From Clostridia bacterium (GTDB taxonomy: Bacteria > Bacillota > Clostridia > DUPQ01), in contig JBAZFL010000001.1 in assembly GCA_041653455.1 (NCBI GenBank), positions 1 through 48,190 on the forward strand: 48,190 nt of DNA, given 5' to 3'. Position 1 is the first letter of the stretch; the number at the start of each line of letters is the position of its first letter. The notes beneath the pieces were generated by a model. The model saw nothing but the letters and a program-made list of their open reading frames with translations, was not told the DNA's origin and did no database searches. A program made the position numbers and the translations under genes. Of the stretch, positions 1 to 10,437 are shown piece after piece.

Positions 1-127
1 AAAAATATACGACAGTGAATTGCCAATTATAAAGAAGTTACGAAAGGTATAACAATGGTTATCTATGTGGACATTGACGGAACAATAGCAACCATTACAC
101 CGGACGCAAATTACAGTAACGCACAAC
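1..127. repeat. Terminal redundancy: bases 1-127 are identical to 48064-48190, giving a unit genome of 48063 bp
   Basis: Direct comparison of the two window ends. The string aaaaatatacgacagtgaattgcc...aacgcacaac occurs at both ends. Confidence 0.9.
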
Positions 128-360
128 CCATTCAAGAGAACATTGATTATATAAATGGACTCTATGAAAAAGGACACAAAATCATTTACTGGACGGCAAG
201 AGGAACTGAAACAGGAATAGATTGGCGAGATGTAACAGTAATCCAATTTCATCAATGGGGCGTTAAGTATCATGGTCTTAAGTTCGGGAAACCGACTTAT
301 GACTTATTTATAGACGATAAGGCTATTAATGCCAAGGAGGTAAATAAATGTATCCTATAA
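55..360 (+). CDS. Small HAD-superfamily phosphatase, candidate nonulosonate-9-phosphate phosphatase
   Basis: HAD motif I YVDIDGT, motif II WTAR, motif III/IV KFGKP...LFIDDKA. In the circular map it starts 3 nt after the NeuB-like gene. Confidence 0.6.
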   Translation: MVIYVDIDGTIATITPDANYSNAQPIQENIDYINGLYEKGHKIIYWTARGTETGIDWRDVTVIQFHQWGVKYHGLKFGKPTYDLFIDDKAINAKEVNKCIL

Positions 361-668
361 CTTGTGCCGGTGGTTATCCAATACCAATTAAAAAGGGCAG
401 ATTCAAGATTCACGGATTTTTGGTCACGGCAAACACTACATCTTCAGCGACAAGATGTACGTTTATTGACGGTGACGATTTTAAGGAAATAGTTGACAGT
501 CAATCTACCCTAAAAAGCAGACCGGCGCTTGCTGATTTAAAAGGACTGGCAAATGCCGAGGATGTAATAGGTGTAATGTTTCCAGAGCCAATTCAGGTTA
601 GAAACGGAATTATTATTTCCAATGGCACTAATCTTATACCGGGAAGAACATTAGTCTACATATCCTAG
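348..668 (+). CDS. Hypothetical protein, beta-rich; possible virion accessory or decoration protein
   Basis: ORF overlaps the upstream stop, with GGAGG just upstream of the ATG. Sits between the sugar cassette and the adaptor-like gene. No recognisable motif. Confidence 0.5.
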   Translation: MYPITCAGGYPIPIKKGRFKIHGFLVTANTTSSATRCTFIDGDDFKEIVDSQSTLKSRPALADLKGLANAEDVIGVMFPEPIQVRNGIIISNGTNLIPGRTLVYIS

Positions 669-677
669 GAGGTTAAT

Positions 678-1616
678 ATGGGTTTAGCAACTTATACTTC
701 CGAAGGTGCGTTTACCGGATATACTCTTGCTGAATTAAGAGCATTAGTTTTACGGATGCTACGGGTTACAGACACGACAAGATATTCTCCTACGGCTGGA
801 ACCGCTGATTACGACTGGATAGATGAAGCCTTAAATCGTGGTCAGGATGATTTCGTTAGAATGACGAAATGTCTTCACAGTTACGCTATTGTGGAACTTG
901 TTTCTGGTCGGAGAGTTTATCGACTTCCTGAAGATTTCTTAGACGCTACAGCAGTTTACTATTACACAAATGCAGAAACATACGGATATAAAAAATTAAT
1001 CGTAAATTCAGTCAGTGAAATGAATGACGACATAGCCGGATGGAGAACCGAAACAGGAACACCAGAACGGTTTTATGTTGATAGAAATTACGGTCAGGGG
1101 AAAACTTTTGGTCTTTATCCCATACCAGATACAAGTGGTGATTCGCTTGTGTTTAGTCAGGAATACGGTGTTGTCGTTCAATGGGCGTGTCCACTGTATG
1201 AATTTAGTCAGGACGTTGGGACTGTAATTAGATTTACCGGTGCTGATGAATACATAATGACATCTACTCTTGGTGGAGTAGTAGACGCTTCGGCTACTGA
1301 AGGAAATTTACTGCTTGAATACAGTCGTCTTCCAAAACAATTGATTGTCTCAAGTGGTTACACGACACAAATAACAGAAGTCCCCAAAGAAAGCCAAACG
1401 GCACTACCTCACTATGCCACAGCAGACCTTCTTTCTGATAATCCAGAGGATTCAGCAGAGTTTAAACGATCACAATATTATAAAAAACTTTATGACGAGG
1501 AAGTTGCCAAGTACGTCACCAGACAAAAACGCCCACTGTCAGCCCACCAGTTAAGAGCAAAACCGGCAGTGTGGGGATGGCAACAGAACATGACCTATTA
1601 TAAAGGACAACCATAA
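678..1616 (+). CDS. Putative head-tail adaptor / tail tubular A-like structural protein
   Basis: AGGAGG RBS. Position directly downstream of the capsid block and abutting the next structural ORF. N-terminal pattern ALNRGQDDFVRMTKCL...YRLPEDFL resembles podovirus adaptor-type proteins (recalled from memory). Confidence 0.4.
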   Translation: MGLATYTSEGAFTGYTLAELRALVLRMLRVTDTTRYSPTAGTADYDWIDEALNRGQDDFVRMTKCLHSYAIVELVSGRRVYRLPEDFLDATAVYYYTNAETYGYKKLIVNSVSEMNDDIAGWRTETGTPERFYVDRNYGQGKTFGLYPIPDTSGDSLVFSQEYGVVVQWACPLYEFSQDVGTVIRFTGADEYIMTSTLGGVVDASATEGNLLLEYSRLPKQLIVSSGYTTQITEVPKESQTALPHYATADLLSDNPEDSAEFKRSQYYKKLYDEEVAKYVTRQKRPLSAHQLRAKPAVWGWQQNMTYYKGQP

Positions 1617-3323
1617 ATGTCTCACAATGAGATAATAAGTTTTGACAAAGGTTTAAATACCAAAAAATCAGTTCTTCTTCTTGAAGATGGTGAACTGGTT
1701 ACTGCACAGGGAATGTCCTATGAAAACCCCGGACTGGTTGAACCTAGAAGTTCTAAACAAAAAGTAAGTTCTACTGTCATAGGAACGATAAACGGTATTC
1801 ATCGCAATACCAATTTTGTCTTTGTTACTGATGCGGGTAACGTAAGATACAAGTGGGATTTAGACGGGTACTGCGATTTGTATATTCCCCCTAATGGTAA
1901 TTTTACTTTAGCAGGGACACTTACAGGAAAATCAAGACCTGTCTTTTGTGATTATGAGAATTTTACTTTTGTAGTTACAGGAAGTGACACTAAAGTTTTC
2001 CTTGATGGTTCATGGTATAATTGGGATATGCCAGTACCAACTTCTGCACCTTCCGGTGCGGCTGGTGCGGCTGGAAATCCGAGTGGTACTTATTATCTTT
2101 ACTACACCTATTTAATATACTTCCCCAATGGAACAGCGGTAGAAACTGCACCTTCTCCGGCGGGAAGTGTCACTGTAACCTCACAAAAAATTTCATGGAC
2201 AAATATCAAACCGTGTCCTTATGCTGTTACAGGATTAACGGTATATAGAAAACTATATCGTTATTCAACGGGACTAATTGAAACGTATCACGTTACAACC
2301 ATAAAAGATAATACTACCACGACTTATACGGACGATATTGCAGACGCTACCCTAGAAGTTGGCTCTATAATTTCCACTGAATATTATTCCAGCCCACCCT
2401 CAAACCCTACATACGCAGTACGTCACTTAGAAAGAATATTCTGTATTAAGGGATGTTATCTTTATCCTACGGCGGCGTATCTTCCTTTTAATTTTGATAT
2501 AACCGAAATCATACAGGCTACGTCAGTAGGTGATGATATTACCTGCGCTGTAGTGTGGGGCGATCAGTTATGTATGGCGACTACTTCAAAATGGTACAGA
2601 TTACACGGAAACGATTCAGACACATGGACAGTTAAAAGCACTTATGCCCATACGGGAGTTATTAATAAACACACAATGAAGCCTACCCGATACGGGATTC
2701 TAGGTTTATGGCATGATGGAATTTATCTCTTTGATGGGAACGTCAGTAAAAATATAACCAAAGATAAACTAGACAAGACTTTATTTTCGAGAATTTCTGA
2801 TATTGATTCCTGTTACGCATCATGGGATGGAAGAAAATATTACTTCCACTACCCAACTACGGGAACGACTTTATCTAAACGACTTGTCATTGATATGACG
2901 GGTTATCCTAACATCATTATTCATAACGATGATTTTATCCCCACAGCTCACGAATATCACGACATTACCGGAATCAATTATTACGGGTACGCAGGGTATC
3001 ACTACGAAGAAGGCGGGACCGATACTTGCAGTCTTTCCATTAAAACAGGCGATAGACCTTGTAAGGATATTCTAAAAGAAAAACAACTCGAATATCTGTA
3101 TTACGATTGCAACACAAACAGCAAACCTTTGATAGTCAATATATATCTTGACGATACTCTAGCATACACGAAAACACTTAATAACTCCGCAAGAACCAAA
3201 GACAGATTAGTTCTTCCCAACAAACAGGGTTATCGAATTTACCTTACTATCACGGCTGCGGACGCAAGAGGAATGACCATCTATGAACCGTGGAGTATGT
3301 CGGTTAATCCTACTGGTGTGTAA
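1617..3323 (+). CDS. Putative tail tubular B / nozzle-like structural protein
   Basis: 568-aa ORF whose ATG immediately follows the upstream TAA. Called on size and position in a podovirus-like order (adaptor, nozzle, internal proteins). Confidence 0.4.
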   Translation: MSHNEIISFDKGLNTKKSVLLLEDGELVTAQGMSYENPGLVEPRSSKQKVSSTVIGTINGIHRNTNFVFVTDAGNVRYKWDLDGYCDLYIPPNGNFTLAGTLTGKSRPVFCDYENFTFVVTGSDTKVFLDGSWYNWDMPVPTSAPSGAAGAAGNPSGTYYLYYTYLIYFPNGTAVETAPSPAGSVTVTSQKISWTNIKPCPYAVTGLTVYRKLYRYSTGLIETYHVTTIKDNTTTTYTDDIADATLEVGSIISTEYYSSPPSNPTYAVRHLERIFCIKGCYLYPTAAYLPFNFDITEIIQATSVGDDITCAVVWGDQLCMATTSKWYRLHGNDSDTWTVKSTYAHTGVINKHTMKPTRYGILGLWHDGIYLFDGNVSKNITKDKLDKTLFSRISDIDSCYASWDGRKYYFHYPTTGTTLSKRLVIDMTGYPNIIIHNDDFIPTAHEYHDITGINYYGYAGYHYEEGGTDTCSLSIKTGDRPCKDILKEKQLEYLYYDCNTNSKPLIVNIYLDDTLAYTKTLNNSARTKDRLVLPNKQGYRIYLTITAADARGMTIYEPWSMSVNPTGV

Positions 3324-3760
3324 TGATTATTGAAGAATGTAAAACAGAAGAACAATTTGAAACCATGATGAGTCTGGCTAAAAAACATCCAGAACCGGAA
3401 TATGATTGTTCTTATGAAGAATACAAAGAATTACTGAGGGGTGTGATTTTAAATCCATTATTCAGGGCATGGATAGCCTACGAGGACGAAACTCCGATAG
3501 GATATATCTCTGCCACAAGAAGTTACATTCCGAGGAACCAGATTAGTCTACATGACATCTTCTTAGATAATAAAAAATGGGGAAGTCATGTGACTGTTTG
3601 TCTAATACAAAAAGTTATTGAATGGATGAAAGAAGACAAGGCTTTGAGAATTATATGGACTTCTAAAATTAGTCTTGCGGGATGGAAAAGATTTTTGCGG
3701 ATAAATGGACTTGATCTTAATTTAGATTCGCAAACGCTGTTAATATGGGAGGGAAATTAA
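3323..3760 (+). CDS. GNAT-like N-acetyltransferase (tentative)
   Basis: ATGA start/stop overlap with the upstream gene. The segment FLDNKKWGSHVTVCLIQKVIEWMKEDKALRIIW resembles the GNAT acetyl-CoA binding motif A region, but the match is weak. Confidence 0.35.
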   Translation: MIIEECKTEEQFETMMSLAKKHPEPEYDCSYEEYKELLRGVILNPLFRAWIAYEDETPIGYISATRSYIPRNQISLHDIFLDNKKWGSHVTVCLIQKVIEWMKEDKALRIIWTSKISLAGWKRFLRINGLDLNLDSQTLLIWEGN

Positions 3761-3761
3761 T

Positions 3762-4874
3762 ATGTGTGGCCTAAGTGATGTTTTAAGTGGTGTGCTTACC
3801 GGAGGACTGTCAACGGGAATTAATGCAATAGCCGGTGGTAACGGTGAAGTAACAAATTCCTTTGGTACTTTGGGTCTCTCTGATTTATTTAAGGGTAATG
3901 GATTTAACCCTCTTGATTTAGGTAAATCAGCGTTTCAGTGGACTGATGACCGGATGGGTACAGGGTCTATGAATCAGGACATTGGTAATCTGATAAATCT
4001 TGTTGCGCTTGCCTATGGTGGTATATCCGCAGGTAGTGCATTAGGTGGATTATTTAGTGGTTCGGCTGCGGTGGGAGAAGGAGCTGGTGCGGCTGGTATG
4101 ACAGCCGCAGAAGGTGCGGCAGGTGCAACAAGTCTTGCACCACTTGAAACCGCAGCAGCCATAACTCCAACAGTGACCGGAGAAGCCGCTACTGCTGCCG
4201 GTACAATTAGCCCATATGCTGCAATGTATTCAGGTGGTGGTGGTGCAGGGTTAATGGGTCTTTCTACTGAGGCGGCACTGCCTACGGTAACAGGATTAGC
4301 CGAAACTGGCACAATGGGAACTGCTGCCGCAGGTTTGGGAACAAGTGCGGCAGGCGCAGGGTCTTCAGGTATCTTAGATACTCTCGGGAGTGTTGGAAGC
4401 GGTGCATTAAATTTAGCTAAAGCACATCCACTTTTATCTTTAATGGCGTTAAACGCAGGTTCCCAACTTCTATCATCTAAGGGTCAGCAAGACGCTGTGG
4501 ATGCCAATAAGGATTACTATAATCAGACGGCTTATCCTAACACTGCCAAAGTCAACTCTCAATCCGCATCAGCGTACTCTAATCTTGCCTCACAAATTGC
4601 TCAGGCTAAACTACAAGCCGAAGAAGACTACGCAAAGAGAGGAATGAAAGCAGGTTCTTTAGGTGGAGTTTACAGTAAAATAGATTCTGCTGCACAAAAG
4701 AGTTATGCACAATTGGCGAATGAATTAATTCAATATCAGAACACACCGTTTTACGCACCATCGTCAGGAACAAACCAGACCAATACCACTACGGGAACTC
4801 TTGCCAATTCGTTAAACGGTTTAACAGGAACACTTGGCAGTATGTATCTATATAAGGATTTGTTTAATTCGTAG
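3762..4874 (+). CDS. Gly/Ala/Thr-rich internal virion (ejection) protein candidate
   Basis: 370-aa low-complexity G/A/S/T-rich protein in the internal-protein position. The antisense ORF 4013-4312 is a shadow of its GC-rich codons. Confidence 0.45.
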   Translation: MCGLSDVLSGVLTGGLSTGINAIAGGNGEVTNSFGTLGLSDLFKGNGFNPLDLGKSAFQWTDDRMGTGSMNQDIGNLINLVALAYGGISAGSALGGLFSGSAAVGEGAGAAGMTAAEGAAGATSLAPLETAAAITPTVTGEAATAAGTISPYAAMYSGGGGAGLMGLSTEAALPTVTGLAETGTMGTAAAGLGTSAAGAGSSGILDTLGSVGSGALNLAKAHPLLSLMALNAGSQLLSSKGQQDAVDANKDYYNQTAYPNTAKVNSQSASAYSNLASQIAQAKLQAEEDYAKRGMKAGSLGGVYSKIDSAAQKSYAQLANELIQYQNTPFYAPSSGTNQTNTTTGTLANSLNGLTGTLGSMYLYKDLFNS

Positions 4875-4883
4875 GAGTTTAAC

Positions 4884-5666
4884 ATGGACACAAGTGATAC
4901 CTTTTTAAATTCAATGAACACTGGTTTTGCGCTGGGTCATCAGATGGAGCAGGAGAAACGTCTGCAACAGCAACAGGCGTTGATGGTGCAGCAACATCAG
5001 ATGCAGATGCAGAAAATGTCTGCTGAATTAGCGCAACATGAAATTATCAACAATATTGATAAACCGGAAAATGCACCCTATAAGGACGCTATCGAGAAAC
5101 GATACGGCAAAGACGCTATTCCCATAATAAAGATGGGATTAAAACCAAAAGAACTAGGGGAAGAAAAATATACAATTGATAATGTGTTGGCTGAAAAGGT
5201 TCGTAATAAAGAGTTATCACTTAAAGATGCACTTCAATTAAAGTATGAACATGAACAGAAAAATGAAATTGTTGCAGATTTGAGAAAGTTTGAAACAGTT
5301 ACGGGAATAAAACCTGAAACAAGAGGTACACCAGAATACGAAAAAGCATTTCTTAAATTCAAATCAGCACAGGCAGGAGCAACACACATTACAAACGCTC
5401 CCGACACCGAAGCAAAAGATTTAGCCAAAGAGCAAAAGAAAAACCTTATCGCAGAACGTAAACTTAAATTGAAGTACGGAACACTACCCACGGTCGCAAT
5501 TACAGGAGAAACAATATTTCCGACAAATCCAAAAACAAAGAAACAATTTACACAGGATGAATGGGCTACGGCTTCGGAAGCAGTCTATAACGAAGTATCG
5601 AGTATGGGTGGAAAGAAATCTATTAACAAACCCAAAGTTACAAAAGAATGGGAAATTTATAAATAA
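4884..5666 (+). CDS. Gln/Lys-rich coiled-coil internal virion protein candidate
   Basis: GGAG RBS. N-terminal QQQQALMVQQHQMQMQKM tract. ATGA-type junction with the next gene. Confidence 0.45.
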   Translation: MDTSDTFLNSMNTGFALGHQMEQEKRLQQQQALMVQQHQMQMQKMSAELAQHEIINNIDKPENAPYKDAIEKRYGKDAIPIIKMGLKPKELGEEKYTIDNVLAEKVRNKELSLKDALQLKYEHEQKNEIVADLRKFETVTGIKPETRGTPEYEKAFLKFKSAQAGATHITNAPDTEAKDLAKEQKKNLIAERKLKLKYGTLPTVAITGETIFPTNPKTKKQFTQDEWATASEAVYNEVSSMGGKKSINKPKVTKEWEIYK

Positions 5667-8600
5667 TGTCTTGGGAAAATATTATAACTGATAGCGAATT
5701 TCAATCACAACCCGAATCTGTAAAGATGAGCGTTGCAAGGAATTACTATAAACAAAATATATATTCAGACCCAGATTATCAGAAACTTCCTCAAGAAGAA
5801 AGGTCTAAGATTGCCTTTAATTTTTTTAAGACGTTGCAAACTCCAAATGAACCACAACAAGGCGCATGGGAAGGATTTATTAAACCTACTCTAAAAGCGA
5901 TTCCGAAAGTGGGAGCATCAGTCATCGGTGGTATGGGTGCAATGCCGATTGCCGGTCTTGGAGCATTAGCAAAAACTATAACTTCAGGAATAGATGAAGG
6001 TGGCAAAACCTATAACGATACGATGTCCGCTTATCAGGATATTCTAACTACAGATGCCGAAAGACAAGGTGCAGAGAATATAGGTCTTGTTGCCAAACCA
6101 ATTGAAATGGCAGGTCAGGGTTGGGAAGAAATTGTCAAACTGACTCCATTAGAGGGTACGATTGCAGAACCAATAGCGAATACGATTGGTCAAGCGGCGG
6201 CAATATTTGGTACTGGTGGTGCAAAGAAGGTTGCCCTAGAACGGTCAGGTTTAAATGCCTTAGAACGTGGTACGAAAGGAATATTTGAATCAGACAGAAC
6301 TCCCACCGTAATGAATCCCGAAGTTCCTAGAGAGGTACATTCTGAATATGTAAGAAAAGCATTTGAAACAGAGGGACAACCTATTGCGTTGACTGACGCT
6401 TCATATCAAGGCAAAGGACAGAACTTTACATTATCCGAATCAAAACCAGAAACAATATTACGCAAAGGCGCGGGAAAGGAAAATCTTCCTTATACGACAG
6501 GCGAAGTCAATCCTGATTTAGAAGTAAACGAAAGACAATATTATAAAAAAGACCTAGATATTTTGATGCAAAAGAATCCAGCCGGTCTTCCAAAAGATAT
6601 AAAAGAAATTTCTCCGGCTCAAGAATTTTTTGATAACAAACAAAGGGCAAATGAAAGTGCGACTCTTTATTCTGGTATAGACCCGACTATAGTTTTAGAC
6701 AAAATTGAAAATAGCAAAGTAGGTAAGTCTATCATTGAGTTCTTTTCTCCCGGCTCAACGATCCCCAAGGGTGAGGATTGGATGTATGCCCGTCAGTCAA
6801 GTAAGGGTGGTATAGCCAGAGGGGAAAACCTAGCCGAAACCTTTGTCAATAAATATAAAGACCTCTCTATGGAAGACCGTCAGCAGATATGGAACTTCAT
6901 GGATGGAAGAATAAAACTGGAAGAACTGCCCGACAATTTACAAACACCCGCAAAGCGAATGAGGATGATTGATAACGTCATAGGTAAGAGACTTGCGGAT
7001 GAAGGTGTCATTTCAAAGGAAACATTTGAGGCCAACAAAGACAAACACATTAGATATATTTATAACATCTATCAACAAGGTCAAGACTTAATGGGTGGCG
7101 GTGGTGTAAAGTTAAACACCAAGAACTTCGCAGAAAGAACAGACTGGGGTCAGGTAGCTACCAGAAAACATCTTAACGAAAACTTCAATTATCTACCCAA
7201 AGAAGAACTGCAATCTCTAAACGGATTCCTTGACGGTACGGTAGATAAAACAAATCTACCTAATAACGTGAAATGGATTGCCGACCAATTAATAGAGAAG
7301 AAAGCAGAGTTTAAAGACATTGAACAAACAAGAACAGGACTCATTAAAGACCCCATACAGGCAATGACCCAATCCATCGTTGAGGGCGAGAAAGCCGTTG
7401 CCATGTCGAAGTATTTCAAAAAAATAAGCGAAACTCCTGAATGGGTATTCGAACCATCAGTTTTAAAGATCAACGGAATCAAAATGGGATTAGGTAAAGC
7501 ACAGTCCATGATTGAAGCAATGGATAAAGTAGGCGACCTTAACCCTGAACAAATAAAATACAAGACACAAATAGAAACCGCAATACAAGACGCTACTATG
7601 AAAATGGGTGGCAAACCACCTAAAGGATTCTTGCAACTCACAGGAAAACAATACGGTGCTTTAGATGGGATGTTTGTAAACAAGACTATAGCACAGGATA
7701 TAAAGCCCATATTTGCTCTAGGAGGAGAGAGTTCTTCTACTATAGTCAATGTTATAAGAGAGGGTTCTGCCGTTGGCACAGGTCTATGGAAGATGAAAAA
7801 TGTGGCACTTAATATACCCACAATGGCAAGGAATGTTGTTTCAAACAATATTCAGTTACTCATGTCGGGAATGGGGCCACATAAACTAGCACTTAAATTC
7901 CCCGAAGCAGTTTATAGTATAGTCAAAAAAGATCAAGATTGGCGAGCCTTGATGAGACAGGGTGGATTTAAGACCAACTTTGCCACAGGAGAATTGTCTG
8001 AACTGGTGGATATTGCCAAATCCCTCCAAGACTCTCCCAATATTGTTGATATGGTTTCTAAGATGCAAAGTCTTGGAAAATTCTATGGAAAGATTGATGA
8101 CGTTTTTAAGTTGACTAAGTTCAAGGATTTACGTTCACAGGGTGTAGAAACTTCTAAGGCTGCACGAGAAGCGATAAAGTGGGGTATGGATTACTCTCTG
8201 GCGCATCCTTCTATCAAGGTATTGAGAAACGTCCCTTTAGGGTCGCCGTTCTTTACCTACCAATATAAAATAGCACCATTGATTGTCGAGAGTATTAAAC
8301 AACGTCCGTGGGTTGTGGGTGGAATAATGTCTCTGCCGTGGATTGTCCAAAAAGCAGTAATCAAAGACATGACCGATGAAGACGCAAAGAAATACATAGA
8401 ATCACTTCCTTCCTATGTTCAGAACGGTCAGGTCTTTATGATACCCGGAGCAAATGGAATGAATGCTCTTGATGTTTCATATATGGTTCCGTGGGGTAAT
8501 TGGTATCAGGTAGGTTCCTCTGCTGCACAAGGCAAGGGAACAACGGCACTAAAAGAACTTGGCATATCACAGGGACTTTTACCGACACTTACTTATGCGG

Positions 8601-9004
8601 CGATTACGGGTAAAGATTTATTTACTAATAGAGACATAGTGGACGATTTAGATAAACACGACCCGAAAGCAACAGCATGGGCATTGACTAAGTATATCTG
8701 GCAGACTGCTACACCTCCGATGTTAGGAGAAAACGGAGTGGCGGGAAAAGTTGCAGAACACCTTCAACACGGACAAACAAGATCAGGATTAAAAACAGAA
8801 GGAATGAATGTTTATCCTAGAATCGTAGGTGCAAATATCTATCCAGTTGACCCGATGGGTAGAACAAAACAAGACATGATGGATATTAAGAAAGTCAAGA
8901 AGGCTTTCGTAAGTAGATTATTCGACAAGAATATTACTCCCGAAGAAAAACAAAAATTAGTAGAAGTTTATAAACAATCACTTGTGGATATTAAGGAACA
9001 GTAA
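5666..9004 (+). CDS. Large internal virion / ejection protein (1112 aa)
   Basis: Largest ORF in the genome, in the position of podovirus large core proteins. The start overlaps the upstream stop. No catalytic motif recognised. Confidence 0.5.
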   Translation: MSWENIITDSEFQSQPESVKMSVARNYYKQNIYSDPDYQKLPQEERSKIAFNFFKTLQTPNEPQQGAWEGFIKPTLKAIPKVGASVIGGMGAMPIAGLGALAKTITSGIDEGGKTYNDTMSAYQDILTTDAERQGAENIGLVAKPIEMAGQGWEEIVKLTPLEGTIAEPIANTIGQAAAIFGTGGAKKVALERSGLNALERGTKGIFESDRTPTVMNPEVPREVHSEYVRKAFETEGQPIALTDASYQGKGQNFTLSESKPETILRKGAGKENLPYTTGEVNPDLEVNERQYYKKDLDILMQKNPAGLPKDIKEISPAQEFFDNKQRANESATLYSGIDPTIVLDKIENSKVGKSIIEFFSPGSTIPKGEDWMYARQSSKGGIARGENLAETFVNKYKDLSMEDRQQIWNFMDGRIKLEELPDNLQTPAKRMRMIDNVIGKRLADEGVISKETFEANKDKHIRYIYNIYQQGQDLMGGGGVKLNTKNFAERTDWGQVATRKHLNENFNYLPKEELQSLNGFLDGTVDKTNLPNNVKWIADQLIEKKAEFKDIEQTRTGLIKDPIQAMTQSIVEGEKAVAMSKYFKKISETPEWVFEPSVLKINGIKMGLGKAQSMIEAMDKVGDLNPEQIKYKTQIETAIQDATMKMGGKPPKGFLQLTGKQYGALDGMFVNKTIAQDIKPIFALGGESSSTIVNVIREGSAVGTGLWKMKNVALNIPTMARNVVSNNIQLLMSGMGPHKLALKFPEAVYSIVKKDQDWRALMRQGGFKTNFATGELSELVDIAKSLQDSPNIVDMVSKMQSLGKFYGKIDDVFKLTKFKDLRSQGVETSKAAREAIKWGMDYSLAHPSIKVLRNVPLGSPFFTYQYKIAPLIVESIKQRPWVVGGIMSLPWIVQKAVIKDMTDEDAKKYIESLPSYVQNGQVFMIPGANGMNALDVSYMVPWGNWYQVGSSAAQGKGTTALKELGISQGLLPTLTYAAITGKDLFTNRDIVDDLDKHDPKATAWALTKYIWQTATPPMLGENGVAGKVAEHLQHGQTRSGLKTEGMNVYPRIVGANIYPVDPMGRTKQDMMDIKKVKKAFVSRLFDKNITPEEKQKLVEVYKQSLVDIKEQ

Positions 9005-9642
9005 TGCCAAACATTCCATATCCTATAACCGCAGATTCAATAGAAGAACTCAAGTCTCAATTATATGAGATGTTGAGACAACTATTTGAAGACAAGATAG
9101 GTGGTCTTGATTTAGGAGATGTATTCTTAAATTCAGGCGACATCATGTCTTTGAGACTTTCTTCTACTGGGGGATTGGAAAAGAGTAATAATAATTTACA
9201 AATTAAAACTAGGTCTGACGGTGGACTTACGACTGCCAGTTCAGGAATAGCGATTGTCTGCAAGTCCAGTGGCGGATTAGCAACCGATTCCAGCGGTATA
9301 TATCTATCCGCTTCAGGTGGTGCTAATTTCTCAACGATTTCATGTCCGGCAGGGACTAACCCGATTGCCGACATAGTAGGCGATACGCTTACCCTTGCCA
9401 ACGGTGCGGGAATTTCAATTACCGGAAGCGAAACTACCGATGCGGTAAATATAGCAAACACTGATTTAGGTTCTGCTGCCGTTGCTTCCCATGTTTTATT
9501 GTCCGACCCTCATACTCAATATTTAAAAGAATCAGATTTTCAAAATACATTTACATATCTAATAATAGGCACACCGCCAAACTATACGCACATCGCCGCT
9601 TGCGGTCGTGTAATATCCTATGGAACGGCTGCATTACCATAA
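9004..9642 (+). CDS. Tail fibre-like protein
   Basis: Repeated GGL-x-(S/T)-x-SSG-I units (STGGLEKS, SDGGLTTASSGIAI, SSGGLATDSSGIYL), typical of fibre shafts. ATG overlaps the upstream stop. Confidence 0.45.
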   Translation: MPNIPYPITADSIEELKSQLYEMLRQLFEDKIGGLDLGDVFLNSGDIMSLRLSSTGGLEKSNNNLQIKTRSDGGLTTASSGIAIVCKSSGGLATDSSGIYLSASGGANFSTISCPAGTNPIADIVGDTLTLANGAGISITGSETTDAVNIANTDLGSAAVASHVLLSDPHTQYLKESDFQNTFTYLIIGTPPNYTHIAACGRVISYGTAALP

Positions 9643-9651
9643 GGAGACAAT

Positions 9652-9780
9652 ATGAATATTATAAATAGTGGAGTTTACGATGCATCAAAAGGAACTGCTG
9701 AAGATATTATTTTAACAGAAGACAATAATCCTATTGCAACAGAAGATGGTGAACACATAATAGAAGAAGATACTGAATAA
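9652..9780 (+). CDS. Small acidic hypothetical protein (42 aa)
   Basis: AAGGAG RBS 6 nt upstream of the ATG. Not in the ORF track (below the size cutoff); translated by hand as MNIINSGVYDASKGTAEDIILTEDNNPIATEDGEHIIEEDTE. Confidence 0.35.
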   Translation: MNIINSGVYDASKGTAEDIILTEDNNPIATEDGEHIIEEDTE

Positions 9781-9791
9781 AAGGAGGTTTT

Positions 9792-10415
9792 ATGAAAAAG
9801 ATAGTTTTATTAGTATTATTAATTGTTACATTGGTAACAATTACAACATGGTCGGCTGATGTTAAAATGTCTGAACTGCCAGTGGTTACGACATTGACCG
9901 ATAATGATTTATTCATGTTAAGTTATTATTCTGGAGGTTTATATTATAGTAAAAAAATAACTGTAGGTAATATAAAAACAGTATTATCTCCAGTAGCCGG
10001 TTCAAGTTCGATTATTACAGTTGGAACAGTAGTTAATGGAACATGGAACTCTGCTGTATTACCCGTAGAAGTTGACGGTCACGCAACGGGAAATCTTACA
10101 GCGGTACAAGTTTCAGGAACAATAATTCACAATATTGGTCAGAGCAACACAATAGCCAATCTTACACTCCCCGCAGCAGCACAGGGCTATTCTTTTCTTC
10201 TTCAGGTAGGAGAAACCTCCACAGCGGGTAACTATCTAAGACTCGTAGCCGCAAGTGGTTCAACAATGTACGTTGATGGTGTTGCTTCCAAAGATTATGC
10301 TTCTTTCGATTCTCCAACAATAGGTGATTGGTTGTCATGTTTTACGGCTAAAGTAGGAGCATCAACTTATAATTGGTTTTGCACGACAGGGCGAGGAACC
10401 GTAACCACAAACTAG
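9792..10415 (+). CDS. Fibre-associated protein with an N-terminal hydrophobic signal/anchor
   Basis: AAGGAGG RBS. N-terminus MKKIVLLVLLIVTLVTITTWSA, followed by an ELPVVTTLTDNDLF motif common at the N-termini of fibre or spike proteins. Confidence 0.45.
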   Translation: MKKIVLLVLLIVTLVTITTWSADVKMSELPVVTTLTDNDLFMLSYYSGGLYYSKKITVGNIKTVLSPVAGSSSIITVGTVVNGTWNSAVLPVEVDGHATGNLTAVQVSGTIIHNIGQSNTIANLTLPAAAQGYSFLLQVGETSTAGNYLRLVAASGSTMYVDGVASKDYASFDSPTIGDWLSCFTAKVGASTYNWFCTTGRGTVTTN

Positions 10416-10437
10416 GAATAACTATTAAAGGATAAAC

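Noticed and set aside
1-127. The terminal 127-bp repeat as a mobile-element LTR or inverted repeat.
   Set aside because: It is a direct, exact duplication located exactly at the two window ends, and it reconstitutes intact genes when the ends are joined. That fits a circular assembly overlap or terminal redundancy.
2021-2248. Same-strand out-of-frame ORFs nested in structural genes (2021-2248, 11204-11407, 12080-12310, 41153-41479).
   Set aside because: They are nested in longer ORFs that have a coherent protein character. They have no independent RBS and Cys/Trp-rich nonsense-like sequences.
3762-4874. Gly/Ala-rich protein as a collagen-like or tandem-repeat gene.
   Set aside because: No regular G-X-Y periodicity and no nucleotide tandem repeat are visible. 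It is low-complexity composition only.
7189-7848. 219-aa minus-strand ORF inside the 1112-aa gene. Similar antisense ORFs occur at 4013-4312, 5234-5491, 5791-6006, 7886-8068 and 9057-9461.
   Set aside because: All lie entirely within long + strand genes of a tightly packed operon. They have no SD sequences and have odd, low-complexity compositions, so they are shadow ORFs.
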